Below are positions 14,401 to 37,766 of a DNA stretch of 64,000 nt, one piece after another. Origin of the DNA: Balanoglossus misakiensis (Eukaryota; Animalia; Hemichordata); assembly GCA_040954595.2 (NCBI GenBank), contig CM082577.2, forward strand, positions 6,783,846-6,847,845. The letters are read 5' to 3'. The number at the start of each line of letters is the position of its first letter. The first letter of the stretch is position 1. The notes below the pieces were generated by a model, which saw nothing but the letters and a program-made list of their open reading frames with translations, had not been told where the DNA came from and did no database searches. Both the position numbers and the translations under genes were made by a program.

Positions 14401-17400
14401 ACTGATCATACTCTACCTGTATTCACCCGTTTGTTTGAAATATGCGTTTCTAATACATGGCATTTTTCTTCATTTGCAGCTTGCTGAACAAAAAGCCAAA
14501 GGTAAGTTATAAATGTTCCACTTCTTGTGCCCTCTATCAGCAAACACATCTGGTCTCAGAATCGAATTTGTGAATTTCTCGTATTTTCTTCAAGTCTCTA
14601 CCTATATATTCATTACATGTAAAATGAAAAATTATCCCCTTGCGTCATGGATCGCTGTAAATGCGTCAGTGGCTAACCGTATTAGCTGATAGGGCACATT
14701 GGGTGAGAGTTGAATGCTTAGAACCTGCCCAGACGTGGGGTCAAAAAGGCAATGAATATTAATGGTGAAAAAATATGACTGCAAGTCTTTCGTCTCTTTA
14801 CTGTAGTCCAGTACGAGTGGATGGGGAGCTGTATATATTTAGGGGTAGGGTGTAAGGATGTTATTTCTGTCTTCACCGGGTCACACCAGAAACTGACAAA
14901 TAAAGAATGTGAGGAGCCAGGAGTAGTCTTTTTTTTGTGAGAATAAAATTGTGAATATTTTTTTTACAGCAGAAGCAGAACAAGCCAAAGCACAGGCTGC
15001 CAAGAGACAGCAACAACAGAACCAACAACAGCAACAACAATCCCGCTATCCTCGGGAAGTGCCTCCAAGGTTTCAACAGCAGGCACAAAAAAATCAACTC
15101 AAGAAAGATCAGCCACCAAAGACAGGTCAGCAACAAACACAACCAAACAATAACAAAAAAATGGGTAAGTTTGGTGTTGCGTGGTTGGATGTCTGAGAAA
15201 GTTTCTAGATGCATGTTCAGCTGTTTTGCTCCGTTTCTCGCTTTCTTCACTTCCCATCTACATGGAATTATAAAAGAAACTGTCATCGGACTTCTGTTGT
15301 AGATGTTCTCATCATACAACAGTGAAAAACAGGTTACTATTCTCTACACAGATTTTGCTACATAATAAATATTTTGTGGTCAAATATATTTTACATTGAG
15401 CATCCCTCAAGCTCACTGATATACACACCATTGATAATAGACTTCGACCCTAATGAGTACAATCTAATTTATTAAAAAACTCCTTCAACTTCACACTCCT
15501 GGTGAGCCAAATGTCTGCACCAATGAAAGAAAAGTTCTGTCAAAGAATCAGTTTGACCCATGAGCACAGTCACAGTCATATTTTGAAAGAAAAAAAAACT
15601 TGTACAACTGCACACTCCTGGTAAGTCAAATGTCTGCACAAATAAAAAACAACCCACTGCAAATACGGTAGGCCAAGGTAATTAGATAGAGCCCTAGTAT
15701 TAATGCGGTTACAAGAAGGGGTTAGTCAAGATGACATGTATTAAATTTGTACATACGTGTGTAAATATCAGCTTTGTCACATGTCAGGGCCTGTGGCTTA
15801 AAATAAGAGATTATTGAGGATTTCTAGCACACACCTGAGCATAGATATATCCCCTTGTACAACTGGCAATTTGTTATGCAAGCATTGATTGAAGGATTTC
15901 ACAATTACATCTGTAAGCTCACAAACAGCCAGGGGCTAACTTGTATTGGCTCCATTTTTTTTTCACTGGCTGTATATTCTTTTGAAAGAAAATACACTAC
16001 TGTTTTGTAGGATCATGAAGAATAATGAATCACAATAAAAGATGAAACCAAACTGTCTGTTCCAAACAGAATGTTAATTTCAAAGCAAGAAGTAAATTCA
16101 GGGGTACATTTATTGGTTTTCCTATATAAATTAACCCTTTCACCCCCATTTCCTGTTTTAGAGGTCCAACTTTACCATAGAAAACAATGGATTTAGACCA
16201 AACCATGGTGGTGAAAGGGTTAAAGCATACTCTGAAGAAATATCAGTATGAATATAAATTATGATAATACTGACTTTGAAATTCCAGACTTGGAAAATTG
16301 ATTCTATCTATCGTAATATGCATAAATAGTAATAAGTTGTCATGTATGAAATTCTCCCAATACTACAAGGACTTCCTTGTTCTCTCTTAAACAGCACATT
16401 ATAATGCCTATCTTATAATCTAGATTTTTAAATATCATTGCTGATGTAATATCTGGGCTCAACATATGAAAATTTCAGTTTCTCATATTGCACTTCTTCA
16501 TTCTTGTCACAGACGATAGGATGGATACAGAAGCCAACGATTTCTCTGTGTGGAGTGATTCCAATGGAGGTGGTGCTTGGAATCAAGTCGTAGTCGACGG
16601 GAAGGACCAGGAAGCTTGGCCAGCAATTACACGGGAACTAGAGTCGGCAATGATGGTGGACAATGATGATGACTCCGTCAAGTCTGGAAACAATCCAGAG
16701 TCCGGCTCTAGCCTCAACTTTGATTCCAATTCCAAAGTGAATTCCATATCCAATGTGCCTGGTCAGGTTAATCACATGGGCCATTCTCTGGCTGAAGCTC
16801 AAAGTCGTGGATCAAATGACATCTCTCAAGGTCAAAGTTCAGGGGTCACAGGAAGTGCCAATTCTTCCACTAGTGCAAATGCCATGAATTTTTCTGATTG
16901 GAGTGCAACTTCGTCAAGTGGATCTTCTACTTGGGGTGCTACAAGTACTAGTTTGTCGTCAAGCTTGAATCCTTTACCTGCGGACTCTTCTCAGAGCAAA
17001 CAGGGTACCGAAGGTGCTGGTGAAATGAACAGTATGAATATAAACTCAGGCTGGGGCGCCATAGGATCCTCAGCCAACTCTCACAACGTTCCCACAAGTG
17101 TCGCCAATATGCGTGGATTGTCTCCTAGTGACCTGGGAGGGGGTACATCCTCCCAGCTGAACTCTGTCGGGAGCAACAACCCAACATTAAGCGGATCGTG
17201 GACAGCTGTCGTCGGCGGGCGCGGGCCCACCACCAAGGGCCCACAGAGTCCCAACCCGATGTCCACTGCACCTGGACAAACTGGGAGCATGACGCAAGCT
17301 ACATCCAGTACTGGCAATGGACCAAATCACTCATTTACTCAAGCTGCAATGCAAACTTCTGGGCTGCCTCTCAACCCTGCCTCCCAGACCAGTATCTCCG

Positions 17401-20400
17401 GCTCCGGCTGGGGGACGCTGCCCTCCGAGGGTCAGGGATTATCTTTTACTGCAGGAAGTGGGAATCCCTTTCCCACTGGTGCTAATCCAAAGAGTACCAA
17501 TCCAGTGTGGAATATGCCTTCTTCAGGATTTCCAAGCCATAGTGCGGATAAGCCGGGTAACTTTACTGCCGATGGAGCAGCCAATAACGTTACTGATGCT
17601 GCAGGTAGTGCTGAGACATGGCAGGGATCAGGTAAGCCTTCATTTTAGGCTGTAACCCTTTCACCGCCATGGTTCAGTCCAAACCCATTGTTTTCTATGG
17701 TAAGGTTGGACCTCAAAAGAGGGAACTGGGGGTGAAAGGGTTAAACAGCAGCATAAACGCACAGGTATAACAGATCTTAGTTGAATATGCTTTCGAAGGT
17801 TGGCTAATTATCCTGATGCAGAAAGTACATTGTTTGAAAAAATTCACCGAAAAATTAATCTTTGTCTTTTTGTTTCTTCCCCTGTTTCGTTTTCTTCCAT
17901 TCTTCAGGTTCTTGGAGTACAACCAGCACTGGTAAACTTAGTCCCAGCAGTTCCCAGAACTGGGGGACACCAAACTCAAGTGTAAACACTAATCCGGGTA
18001 GTGCTAATGAGTGGGGTAAACCCCAAGTCCCAGGGAACAATCCCCACGGATGGGGAAATGGCGCATCCAATCCCAGTAAGCCGGGCAATCCGAATGGGAA
18101 TTCGAATCCGACTACACCAACCGTGGGCCAGGCCTGGGGCGGTAATCAAGTGAATCAAGTTAACAGCGCCTGGGGCGCACCGAGTACTCCCACCCAGACA
18201 AGTAGTAGTTCAGGATGGGGTGGGAGTGCCACCACAGTGAGTACAGAGAACTCCTGGGCAAAGACTGCCAGCAAGGGAATAGTGCAAGAGACTACTACTA
18301 GGAAAGAGGAGGTCTCACCCAAATCCAAAATAGATGCAATTATCCAGGAAGCCATCGACTCTCACGATGGCTGGGGGCGCGTGCCTGTCCAACAGAATTC
18401 CTCCTGGAACATCGCCACCGAGCCATCCCCGCCTCCCAAGAAGGTGGAGTCCAATACGTGGGAGCCGACGCCCGCCCACGACAAGACAGGTACGCAGGCC
18501 TGGGGAGCCAGCAGGAAGAATGAAGACTCCGCAAGCTCATGGGGAGGGAACCAGCAGCCGAACCCCAACAACTTCAACCAGCCCAACCCCAACGGAGACA
18601 GTCACAGAGACGGTCACAGCGGCGGTCACAGCAGCGGCGGTGGTGGCAGCAGCGCCTGGGGTAACGCCGAGACCGGCGACTGGAACAGCAGTAATCACTG
18701 GAACAGCGGCAAGAGCAATCACGACGTCACAGGCACCGGAGTATGGGCCAAGAGCACGGCCAACAAAGAGGCACCCAATTCCAACAACAGCAACTGGGGC
18801 GGCGGCGGCCAACAGAGTACCAATCCCCAAGAGGAGATGAACGCCGCCTGGCGAAGCAATAGCAGCAATACTCAGGCCAGAAACGAGAGCAACGGCGCAG
18901 GTTGGGGCGGCAGTACTAATAACAGTTCTTGGGGCAATCCCCCCCAGGTTCACCAGACCAGTACTCCGACCAGCGCTGTTGTTGACAGCGGCAAGGGCTC
19001 TTGGCCCAACAACACCAATAACGCGGTGGTCAACGCTGGATCCGCCAGCTCCTGGGGAAACGCGGCCACCACTCCGACAACTCCCAAGACACCGAGCCAG
19101 ATCACCGGCAGCGGCTGGAACACGCCTCTTGAAGTGCCAACCGACATCAAGGCCACCGGCTGGGACGAACCGTCCCCGCCCACCTCCCGCAAACACCCGC
19201 AAGTGGACGACGGCACCTCGGCCTGGGGTGACCCGAGCGAGCATAACGCCAAGGCAGTCATGCAGTCCAACTGGACCGACCCACCTCCCAGCCCAGGTAA
19301 CAGTACTATGCAATCACAATCCATGATGGGTGGTGGTGGGCAGATGATGGTTGGACAGCCGCCGATTCGACCGGTCATGCCACCGCCGCCACCAACCGCT
19401 CAAAGCATGAACGCCGCCAAACCAGACGAGCACAGAGGCGTGTGGGGCGCGCCCCCACCCACACCGACCAGCATGACGAAGATGTCCTCCTGGGGAGATC
19501 CGGTCCCGGTCAACAGCAACAAGGTGGATGATGGCACATCTGCTTGGAAGTCCAGCGGGCCCAGCCGAGGATCGGTGTCCAACTGGGGCGAGCCGCAGTC
19601 CGACATGACCTGGAACAGTGGTACTCAGTCCAAGGAATCTATGCAAGATGGCTGGTCAGGTCAACAACAACAACAACCCAGTAACGCAGTCGGTAAGTTG
19701 AATGATTGAAAATTCTCTGCGTCAGGTGAAATGGCAGTACCGTTATATGATATGCCTGCCATAAATAGTGATATAGCCACTCTGTGCAAGTTGACATTAG
19801 ATAGACCATGGTGATGTGTTGAGAACAAAAAAGCGATGTAATAAAGAATATTATGTCTGTCAGATGAAATCTTCCATGCAAGAAGTGTTATTTTTGCAAA
19901 TGAATCATACAATTTCAGGAATCCTTTCCTGTGAATTGCCAGCCTTTAACTCTTTTTCCATCGTCTTCTTGCAGGACACTGGGATGACGATCGTTGGGAG
20001 AAAGGCTCTCAGGATAGTGAATCTTCTAGAGGAAGTGGAGGAGGCTGGATTAAGGTCAAACCTAAGGTAAGCATTTTTTGGGTCTCTGTGAAAAGTTGAA
20101 ATGTGTACATCACAAAGTCTCTCTTGTAGATTTTTATTAGTACTGCTGTGTGCGTGGTGATAAGAGAGCCCTGAATAGGGTTAGAAGTACATTCTAGAAT
20201 TTTTAAATGAGGCATGTGTACTGCTGAATTATTCTTATAGTATTGAATAAATGCATGGATTTTAATAGGATAGCAATATCAACATATAATTCATGTACAT
20301 CTAAGTAGGTAGGGATATCAATGCTTGTATAATACAATTTTGTATTGACCACACTAAACTTCAAATTCTGCATCTGTCTGTGTTCTTACAGATGTATGTT

Positions 20401-23400
20401 GACTTTATGCAGGGTGCTAAACCTCCACAACCGATGAAAGACGTTAATTCTATGAACACTGCTTGGATGAATAAACCACTCAAACAACTCATGGATATGG
20501 GCTTCAAGAGAGAACTTGCGGAAAATGCTTTGAAAACTAACAATAACATTGTCGAGTCAGCAGTAGGTAAGTATCAGCTCTTGAGCTGGTCGCGGTTCAT
20601 GGGTTTGGGTGTCTGATTGTAGCAGAGAGAAAAAAAATCATAAGTTTCTTGTATGAATGGCAGTCTAAAAGGAGTACAATCATCTCCAATTTACATAATG
20701 GTTAAAGAGCATGTGTGTAAGTCCAGCAATGATCATATTGTGGCGCACTTTTGTCATGGCCTCCCAAGTGAAAATCTGCCATAGACATAGGTTAGTTCCA
20801 TGGTAATATTGGTTAAACATGCATAGGTGGCCTTGTACCTGTACTGTGACTGTACCATGCATGAATTAGGAGTGATACACGAAGGAGGAGTTTTCACATC
20901 ACGTTCTTTTTCTCTGTTGCATTCCGTGGCACAGGTGAACTGTTGGCGATGGGATCTGATGCCCAGGACCCTAACAAACAAGCTTACGAGGCCCTGGAGC
21001 GACACCGCCGAGAGTCCCTGCACTCGTTACATCAGGGTTCCGATCCTTCAACCCCATCGACGCCACTGAACAAAGAAATGGAGAATTTGTCACTCGGTGA
21101 CAACCAAACTCAAGAGAATAAATCTTTCTTGCCAATTGGCGATAATCAGCAATCATCAATACCCACTTCAATTGCTTTGTCTCCGTCCTCAAATCTTCCC
21201 AATCATATGCAGCTGAATCAACAGCAACTGCCTTTCAACAAACCAGGTGTGAATCAGGGTATGCTCTCCTCCACCAGTATTGCCAATACCAGCATTACCA
21301 GTCAGTACAGTCAGCAGCAGCAGCAGCAACTACAGCAACGCCTGGCCAGCCTGCAGCAGCAGCAGGCCACCCAGCAACTGCTGCAACAACAACAACAACA
21401 GCAGCAGCAGCAACAACAACAACAGTCGCAGCAGCAGTCCGGTATGCGGAATATGGTACCCCCTCAACAGGTCTTGCAGCAGCAACAGATGATGATGCAG
21501 CAGGTGCAGCAGCTGCTGCGGCTGGCCGTGCAGGCCGGCCTGATCCAGCCGGCCATGCTGCAGCAACAGGTGACGCCGCAGCAGGTGGTGATGGTCAACC
21601 AGCTCTTCCAGATGCATGTCAACTACCAGAAGCTGCTGGCCCAGCAGCAGCTGATGCAGCAGAGCCAGAACCCTCCCGGCGGCAAACCCAGTATGAGCAT
21701 CCCGCCGCAGAGACAGCAAGAGCTGGCGCACAGGATTGCCAGCATGCAGCAGCAGATAGTGCAGCAGCAGAGGCAGCTCAACCAACAACAACTGCTGCAG
21801 CAACAACAGAAGCAGAAACCGGACACCAGTCCTTCCGAGGGTCTCTCAGCCAACCCGCTGTTATCATCAAGCTCTGCAGACGTCAATCAAGACCTGGGCC
21901 CCAAGGAGTCTCGTCTGCAGCAGTTCTTCAACAAACAGTCTAACAAGCCATCGGATATCTTCGGTAGCCAGTTTCGCAATGATCATCAAGAGACGCCACC
22001 GCCCATCCATACCAGTCAGTCCCTACCATCACTGAGCGATCGTTGGTCCAGGAGCAACTCCCCACCGGGGCCTCTGGACAACCTGTCCGCTGACCACGGC
22101 AGCTCTGAGTGGCCTCCAGCCCCGAACGTCAGCCAGCCCAGCGACCTCCCGCCGGAATTCAAACCCGGGGTTCCGTGGAAGTACCGTACTAAAGATGTGG
22201 AGAACGACCCGGATGCCACTCCGGGCAGCGTGTCCCAGTCCATCCTGTCGATCGGCCTGGGCGGTTCCTTGGGCACCAACATATCGCTGAACCGCAACTC
22301 GTCTCGTGAGGACCTGGCTCAGCGCGAGAGCGAGATCCGCGGCCTTCTGACCAAGCCCATGCAGCCGCCATCGTCATCGTCCGCGGCGCCCAGCAGCTCC
22401 TGGTCAGCCCCGCCCTATCCCGGCAGCAATAAGCAGAAATCCACGTGGTCATATCCGGAGAACTACAACCCCAGCTACCCACCCACTACGCTGACTGCAG
22501 CACTGTGGCACGTGCCCTTGAAGTCCACCAATGCCCCGTCTCGCCCTCCGCCCGGACTCACCACCCAGCCCAAGCAGCAGTCGTGGAGCTCTGCAGGAGG
22601 AGGAAATCCCATGTCTCGCAGTGTGAGCTGGGACCCGACCACCACCACTGTCACAACCAGTGCCAGATCATCTGCCCCATTTTCTTCAGGTGAGACCAGA
22701 AAAGGTACACGTTACTTATTTCTTTTCAAAACGTGCTGTAGATGCTGCACTGAGGTTTGTGGCAGTAACATAGATGCTAACTCTAATTTAATGATTTGCC
22801 AAAATTAGCAGCATGCTGTGATACGAGACAATCCCTGTCATTTATTATGGAAGGAAATCCATCCTTAATTGGTGTTGCATTTTTTTTTTTTTTTGGGCGA
22901 TCAACAGGGTATTCAGGAAGTTCTGGCTGGGGAAGTGATCAACAAGTCCAAGACCCTCCGTCTGCATGGTTGGTGCTGAGAAATCTGACTCCACAGGTAA
23001 GTCATCCGTCCCAATGCAGGCAACTGGCAAGGTGATCAAGTTAACAGACACAGAAAAAACAGAGCCGTAGACTTCTGGTTATCTAGTTGATAAATGTTTA
23101 AATGTCTACATGCATATTGCTCAACTATGGTTTAAGAACAGTTTCCATTTTTGGCGTTTCATTCTCTGTTCAGTGATTTTTGAAACTTAACAGTTCTTTT
23201 TTTTCCTTGTTATGTCTCCTGCAGATCGATGGTTCCACCTTGCAAACGCTGTGTAAACAGCACGGTCCTCTGCACACATTCCATCTGAACTTGAGCCAGG
23301 GCCAGGCGTTGATCCAGTACGGCACTCGCGAGGAGGCGGCCAAGGCCCAGAAGGCACTGCACATGTGCGTGCTGGGCAACACCACCATCATGGCCGAGTT

Positions 23401-23740
23401 CGCCTCGCCCGAGGTGGCCCGCATGTTCGACCGCAACAGCCAGAGCAGCGGATGGCCCCAGTCGCAGCCGCAGCAGTCGCAGTCGCAGTCCCTGGGGGGC
23501 AGCAACAACAAGTTCAACAGCTTCAGCAGCAACAAGGATTCCCTGGGCGGCACCCAGTCGTGGAACGGCTCCGCCTCCTCCATCAATCTGCCCAGTATGC
23601 CCGGCAACCAGCTGTGGTCCATGCAGTCCACCCCTACATCCAGCAGCTCTTGGGGCAGAAGCAGCGACAGTGGACCCATCTCCAGTCCCACATCTATGAA
23701 TTTCCTCCCAGAGAATCTACTTGGGGAAGGTTCTGTCTAA
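8458..23740 (+). CDS. TNRC6: GW182/TNRC6 miRNA-silencing effector (multi-exon, 5'-partial)
   Basis: Phase-consistent AG/GT exons: 8458-8489, 8902-8947, 9758-9894, 10666-10782, 12561-12605, 13112-13240, 13422-13498, 13869-14043, 14480-14501, 14970-15164, 16513-17631, 17908-19692, 19975-20066, 20392(or 20413)-20566, 20935-22689, 22908-22996, 23225-23740(TAA). Family hallmarks: RYPREVPPRF motif, GW/WG repeats, two DDGTSAW Ago-hook motifs, UBA (LKQLMDMGFKRELAENAL), Q-rich region, PAM2 (EFKPGVPWK), RRM (WLVLRNLTPQ/IDGSTLQTLCKQHGPL...LHMCVLGNTTIMAEF). Exons from 13869 onward are secure; earlier ones are joined on phase alone. Confidence 0.93.
16131..16223. mobile_element. piggyBac-type MITE copy 1
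   Basis: TTAA-CCCTTTCACC...GGTGAAAGGG-TTAA: terminal inverted repeats with a TTAA target duplication. Confidence 0.85.
16513..17631 (+). CDS. TNRC6: TNRC6 exon, N-terminal GW-repeat region (1119 nt, symmetric phase 1)
   Basis: ORF 16488-17648; cacAG acceptor, CAG|GTAAGC donor; WNQVVVDGKDQEAWP motif and S/G/N-rich W repeats. Confidence 0.92.
17652..17744. mobile_element. piggyBac-type MITE copy 2 (inverted relative to copy 1)
   Basis: gTAACCCTTTCACCGCCATGG...GGGGGTGAAAGGGTTAA; aligns end to end with the reverse complement of 16131-16223. Confidence 0.85.
17908..19692 (+). CDS. TNRC6: TNRC6 exon, Argonaute-binding GW/WG domain
   Basis: ORF 17862-19709 with dense WG/GW repeats, DGWGRVPVQQNSSWN and DDGTSAWG motifs. 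Confidence 0.95.
20935..22689 (+). CDS. TNRC6: TNRC6 exon, Q-rich region plus PAM2/silencing domain
   Basis: ORF 20943-22808; polyQ, KESRL, EFKPGVPWK, ENDPDATPGSV, LWHVP, RPPPGLT. Confidence 0.95.
23225..23740 (+). CDS. TNRC6: TNRC6 terminal exon, RRM and C-terminus
   Basis: RRM sequence typical of GW182; ends FLPENLLGEGSV-stop. Confidence 0.96.
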   Translation: MDGSTLQTLCKQHGPLHTFHLNLSQGQALIQYGTREEAAKAQKALHMCVLGNTTIMAEFASPEVARMFDRNSQSSGWPQSQPQQSQSQSLGGSNNKFNSFSSNKDSLGGTQSWNGSASSINLPSMPGNQLWSMQSTPTSSSSWGRSSDSGPISSPTSMNFLPENLLGEGSV

Positions 23741-26142
23741 AGACGGTTCTCACCACATCTCTCTCATCAAAAAATGTCACTGTGATTCTCCTAGGGATCA
23801 AACTACTGCCTTGCCATTTTTTTGTGTGTGTCCCTAGGTGCACATGGTGTGTGCTCTGTTTACATGAAGTATGCCCCACGTCACAAATCAAGTTGTTGTT
23901 TTTTTCACACCCAGGAGTTGTGGCATTCTCTTCGTTTTGTTCAGGAATTTACTTTTAAGTTTACATTTTTATCAAGGTGCACTTAGTGAAAAAAAAAGAA
24001 GAAGAAAACATGCAGGTTATTCTTTACAGTAGGTGGACAGATGAAAATTGGAAGAAAAAAAATATTTAACCACATTTTTTCAGTGACTTAGTGTGTCTTG
24101 TCGCCCATAGGGTGCTTCTTTTTTGAATGTCCAATCATGAGCCAATGAATTTGAATGGAGCATTACTGGTACACTTTGATTGGTTGTACTGTCTGTCAAT
24201 CATTGCTTGATCATTACTATTAATTATCATCATTGTCAATCCATCCTTTATTCCTTCCTACCTAAAAAAAAAAACTGAAAAAGAGAAAACTTTGAGAAAA
24301 AAAAAGCTTACCAAAAAAAAAGGAGAGAAAGAACCTGAACTACCTTTTACATTTTCACAAACGAATACTGAAATGCAACAACAAGAAAACATTTGCGACA
24401 TTTACCTAAAAATAAAACTTTGTCCTTTTATTGCAATCATGCCAATGACTAATTTTGTTTAATGACTGTGCGTTAATAAAATAATGACCTTTTTTTGATG
24501 TGGTCTCTTCCAAGGCAGTGTGTGGTAATAATAAGTTACAGAGCAGAAATTGTATGCCTTTTAGTCTGGCCACTTTAACATGGAATTTCTATTTTCCAAA
24601 CAAAAGTGACTGTATGTAGAAACCAAAAAAAATTTAAAAACTTGAGAAAAAAACTGGAAAAGTAAAAAAAAAAATCACTTGAACTTGGCATCCTGAAAAT
24701 GGAGGCTTTTATGTGTGTGTGTATGAGATGTCGTTTATATGTTTGCTCTATTATAAATGAAGACAATGATGTACTGCATATTACTACTTAGATATGGCCA
24801 CTGGTTATAGTGTAATCCAATTTGAGAGACCTGTACTTATGTTGTATGGTCATCTCCTGCTATAAAAAAAATAATAAAAAAAATTTAAAAAAGAAAAGGT
24901 TTGTGTCAAATGTGGCGTGGTTATTGTGTATCTTGTTGATTATTGAGAGACGTTCGCTTTGTACATGCTGATGGGGAGAGGGCAAGACAGTGGCTTTATC
25001 TGGGGGGGGGGGGGGGGTTTCCACCTGAGGTGTTTTCACCACCAATCCTGAAATTGTTTGTTTGATCATTCATTCCACAGCTCACTCTACAAAAGCTCAA
25101 TGAAAAATTGTAATTTTTGTCGATGTATACGGGAGATCAGCCACTTTTCTTGCCACTTTTTCCATGGTTGTATGAAAGGATGTCATCAAAATAAACGACG
25201 GATACATATCAGTGGAAGCAGCCACTTTTTCGTGTTTCACTCCGGGAGAGCAAATTGGAGAGGGGAGGGGGAAACGTGACAAGTCAAACAATCCCCATGT
25301 ATGAAAAACCTTCAGCAAAAGCAAGGTGACTTTGTGAAGGACCTTCTGCAGATCAAGTCAAATCAGCTGGAAGATAAAACAGAGTGGTTTGCGTACATGA
25401 TTATCTTTTTTTTTCCAGTGACACACTAATCAGCTTACAGTAAAATCGGTGCATAGATGACTTCTGAGCCCTGGTTTTCCCGTCCACTTGAAATAGTTCT
25501 TATATATGGAGGGCATAGTCCTTTATTGCCAATCAGTGTGGCTGCTTCCTGTTTGTTCGATAACCATTGAATGATAATCCCAAGCTAAATCTCTCAAATG
25601 ATCATCCTTCATGCAGATGGGACTACGTCGGGGTAGTTTAGTGATAAAAAAATTCTCTAGGTCAATGAAATATTAAAGTGTGGCATTATGTTGGCCATAT
25701 TGAAATGGTTGTGGGGAAGAAAACTCAAATTTCATCTGATCAGCTATCAGGATTTTGAACTTCCAGGTATACATTCTCCTGTAGCGCCATCTAGTGTTCA
25801 TATGATGATTTCTTTTCTTTTCTACTGGCCATCGCTTCACTTGCTCATAATTTTTTTTTCTTGTCTAATGATACTAACTTTTGTGTTCACTAACATTGAG
25901 AACTCGGATAGATGGACAGACATGTAAATACATACTAACCATAAGCTCTCAAAGGTATGCATGTACATGTACCACATTGGAGCTAAAATTCATGATGGAT
26001 TATTTTCGAAACAAATTGACGTACATCGCGTACATGTCTCTAGCAGATGATCTTCACTGCTAAAGCTGGCTTAATACCTTTGAGTGCATGAACATGCAGT
26101 CAGAACACAAGTCACACACACAGGGCATGTATAGTTTATCTC

Positions 26143-26148
26143 TTTATT
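26143..26148 (-). terminator. Probable IRE1 polyadenylation signal (AATAAA)
   Basis: AATAAA on the minus strand ~1.1 kb past the stop, followed on that strand by a GT-rich tract (tgtgtgtgtgacttgtgtt). Confidence 0.5.
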
Positions 26149-27261
26149 ACTAAAATGTATAATATAATATTTACAAAAGTACACTTTTGCTCTCTGACCC
26201 CGAAGGACAGCAATTTTATATTCTTTAAATATAGTTTTCATATTATCACTCTGGACTTTCTCAAAGTTTTTTTTTTTGTGGAAAATGTTTCACATTAGTT
26301 TTCAGTTCAATACACTGTATTGGGCATTTGTGCTTGAGATACAACATTTTAAATGTTTTGAATTGTATGGTTTACAGAGAAAGGGTGCTAATAGACTTGT
26401 TAGACAGAACATAATTAAATAATTGTTTTTTTTAGCTGTTTACAAAGTAGACCTGATCATACCAGGTATCAATTTCATAATCTCTGGTTGGGACACATAA
26501 TTTTCACTCCCCTATTGTTGAGCCCAGCCCAATGGCCAGGCAGTGTACAAGGCCTGTCTGTCAACCCTGAAGTAAAAAAAAACTTCAAAATTGCGATCAA
26601 TATAATATTTCTTAAAACAGAAACTTGTTCACACTTCCTCACATTTTATTGTACGTAAATATATTATATAGCCTCCAATATAGTTTGAGAATTTGTACTG
26701 TGGATTGGGCGAAGTAAAATATCATTCAACCAGAGCAACTCTGAACGGTGAGATGGTTTTATCCAATGGCCATTCACCACACATAATTTTACAATTCTCT
26801 CGAATCTGGCATTAAGTGCTTGTGATCAAGAGTTTGTAAGATGACTCTGTGAATGTCTTAATGGCAGCCCAGGTAATCTTGAAGAAAACGAAATCTTGTA
26901 AAGTAAAACTGAAATCAGTCTAGCGACGCACAAATAAAACGTAACGGAATACTGTCTGATGAGATCAATACTGCCGAAAAAGTTTTAAAAAATTATCAGC
27001 TTTTTTCTCTCTAAGAAAACATAACACATGGAATTATCATAATAAACACTTTCTCCTTAAAACAAACACATGTAAAACATCAAGCTAAAACTCATTGCAA
27101 AGGAAAATGTCAACGTCACATGACAAGTCTAACCCTTCCACTTTCTCCGCTATCTCATCAACCTCCACACGGAGATTAAATGACAAGCAGGATTAAGAGG
27201 ATTATCTGAGATTAAGGCAGTTTTTCATTTCACACATCTGGACGAAGTCTGACATCATCTC

Positions 27262-37766
<10,505 letters not shown>

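Noticed and set aside
21310-21810. CTGCAG motifs as IRE1 RIDD cleavage sites in TNRC6 mRNA
   Set aside because: Explained by Leu-Gln codons in the Q-rich region; no XBP1-like stem-loop could be verified.
17081-23691. Many long antisense and alternate-frame ORFs over TNRC6 exons (e.g. 18537-19313, 21330-21806, 23365-23958)
   Set aside because: Shadows of GC-rich, low-complexity coding sequence; no independent motifs or splice structure.
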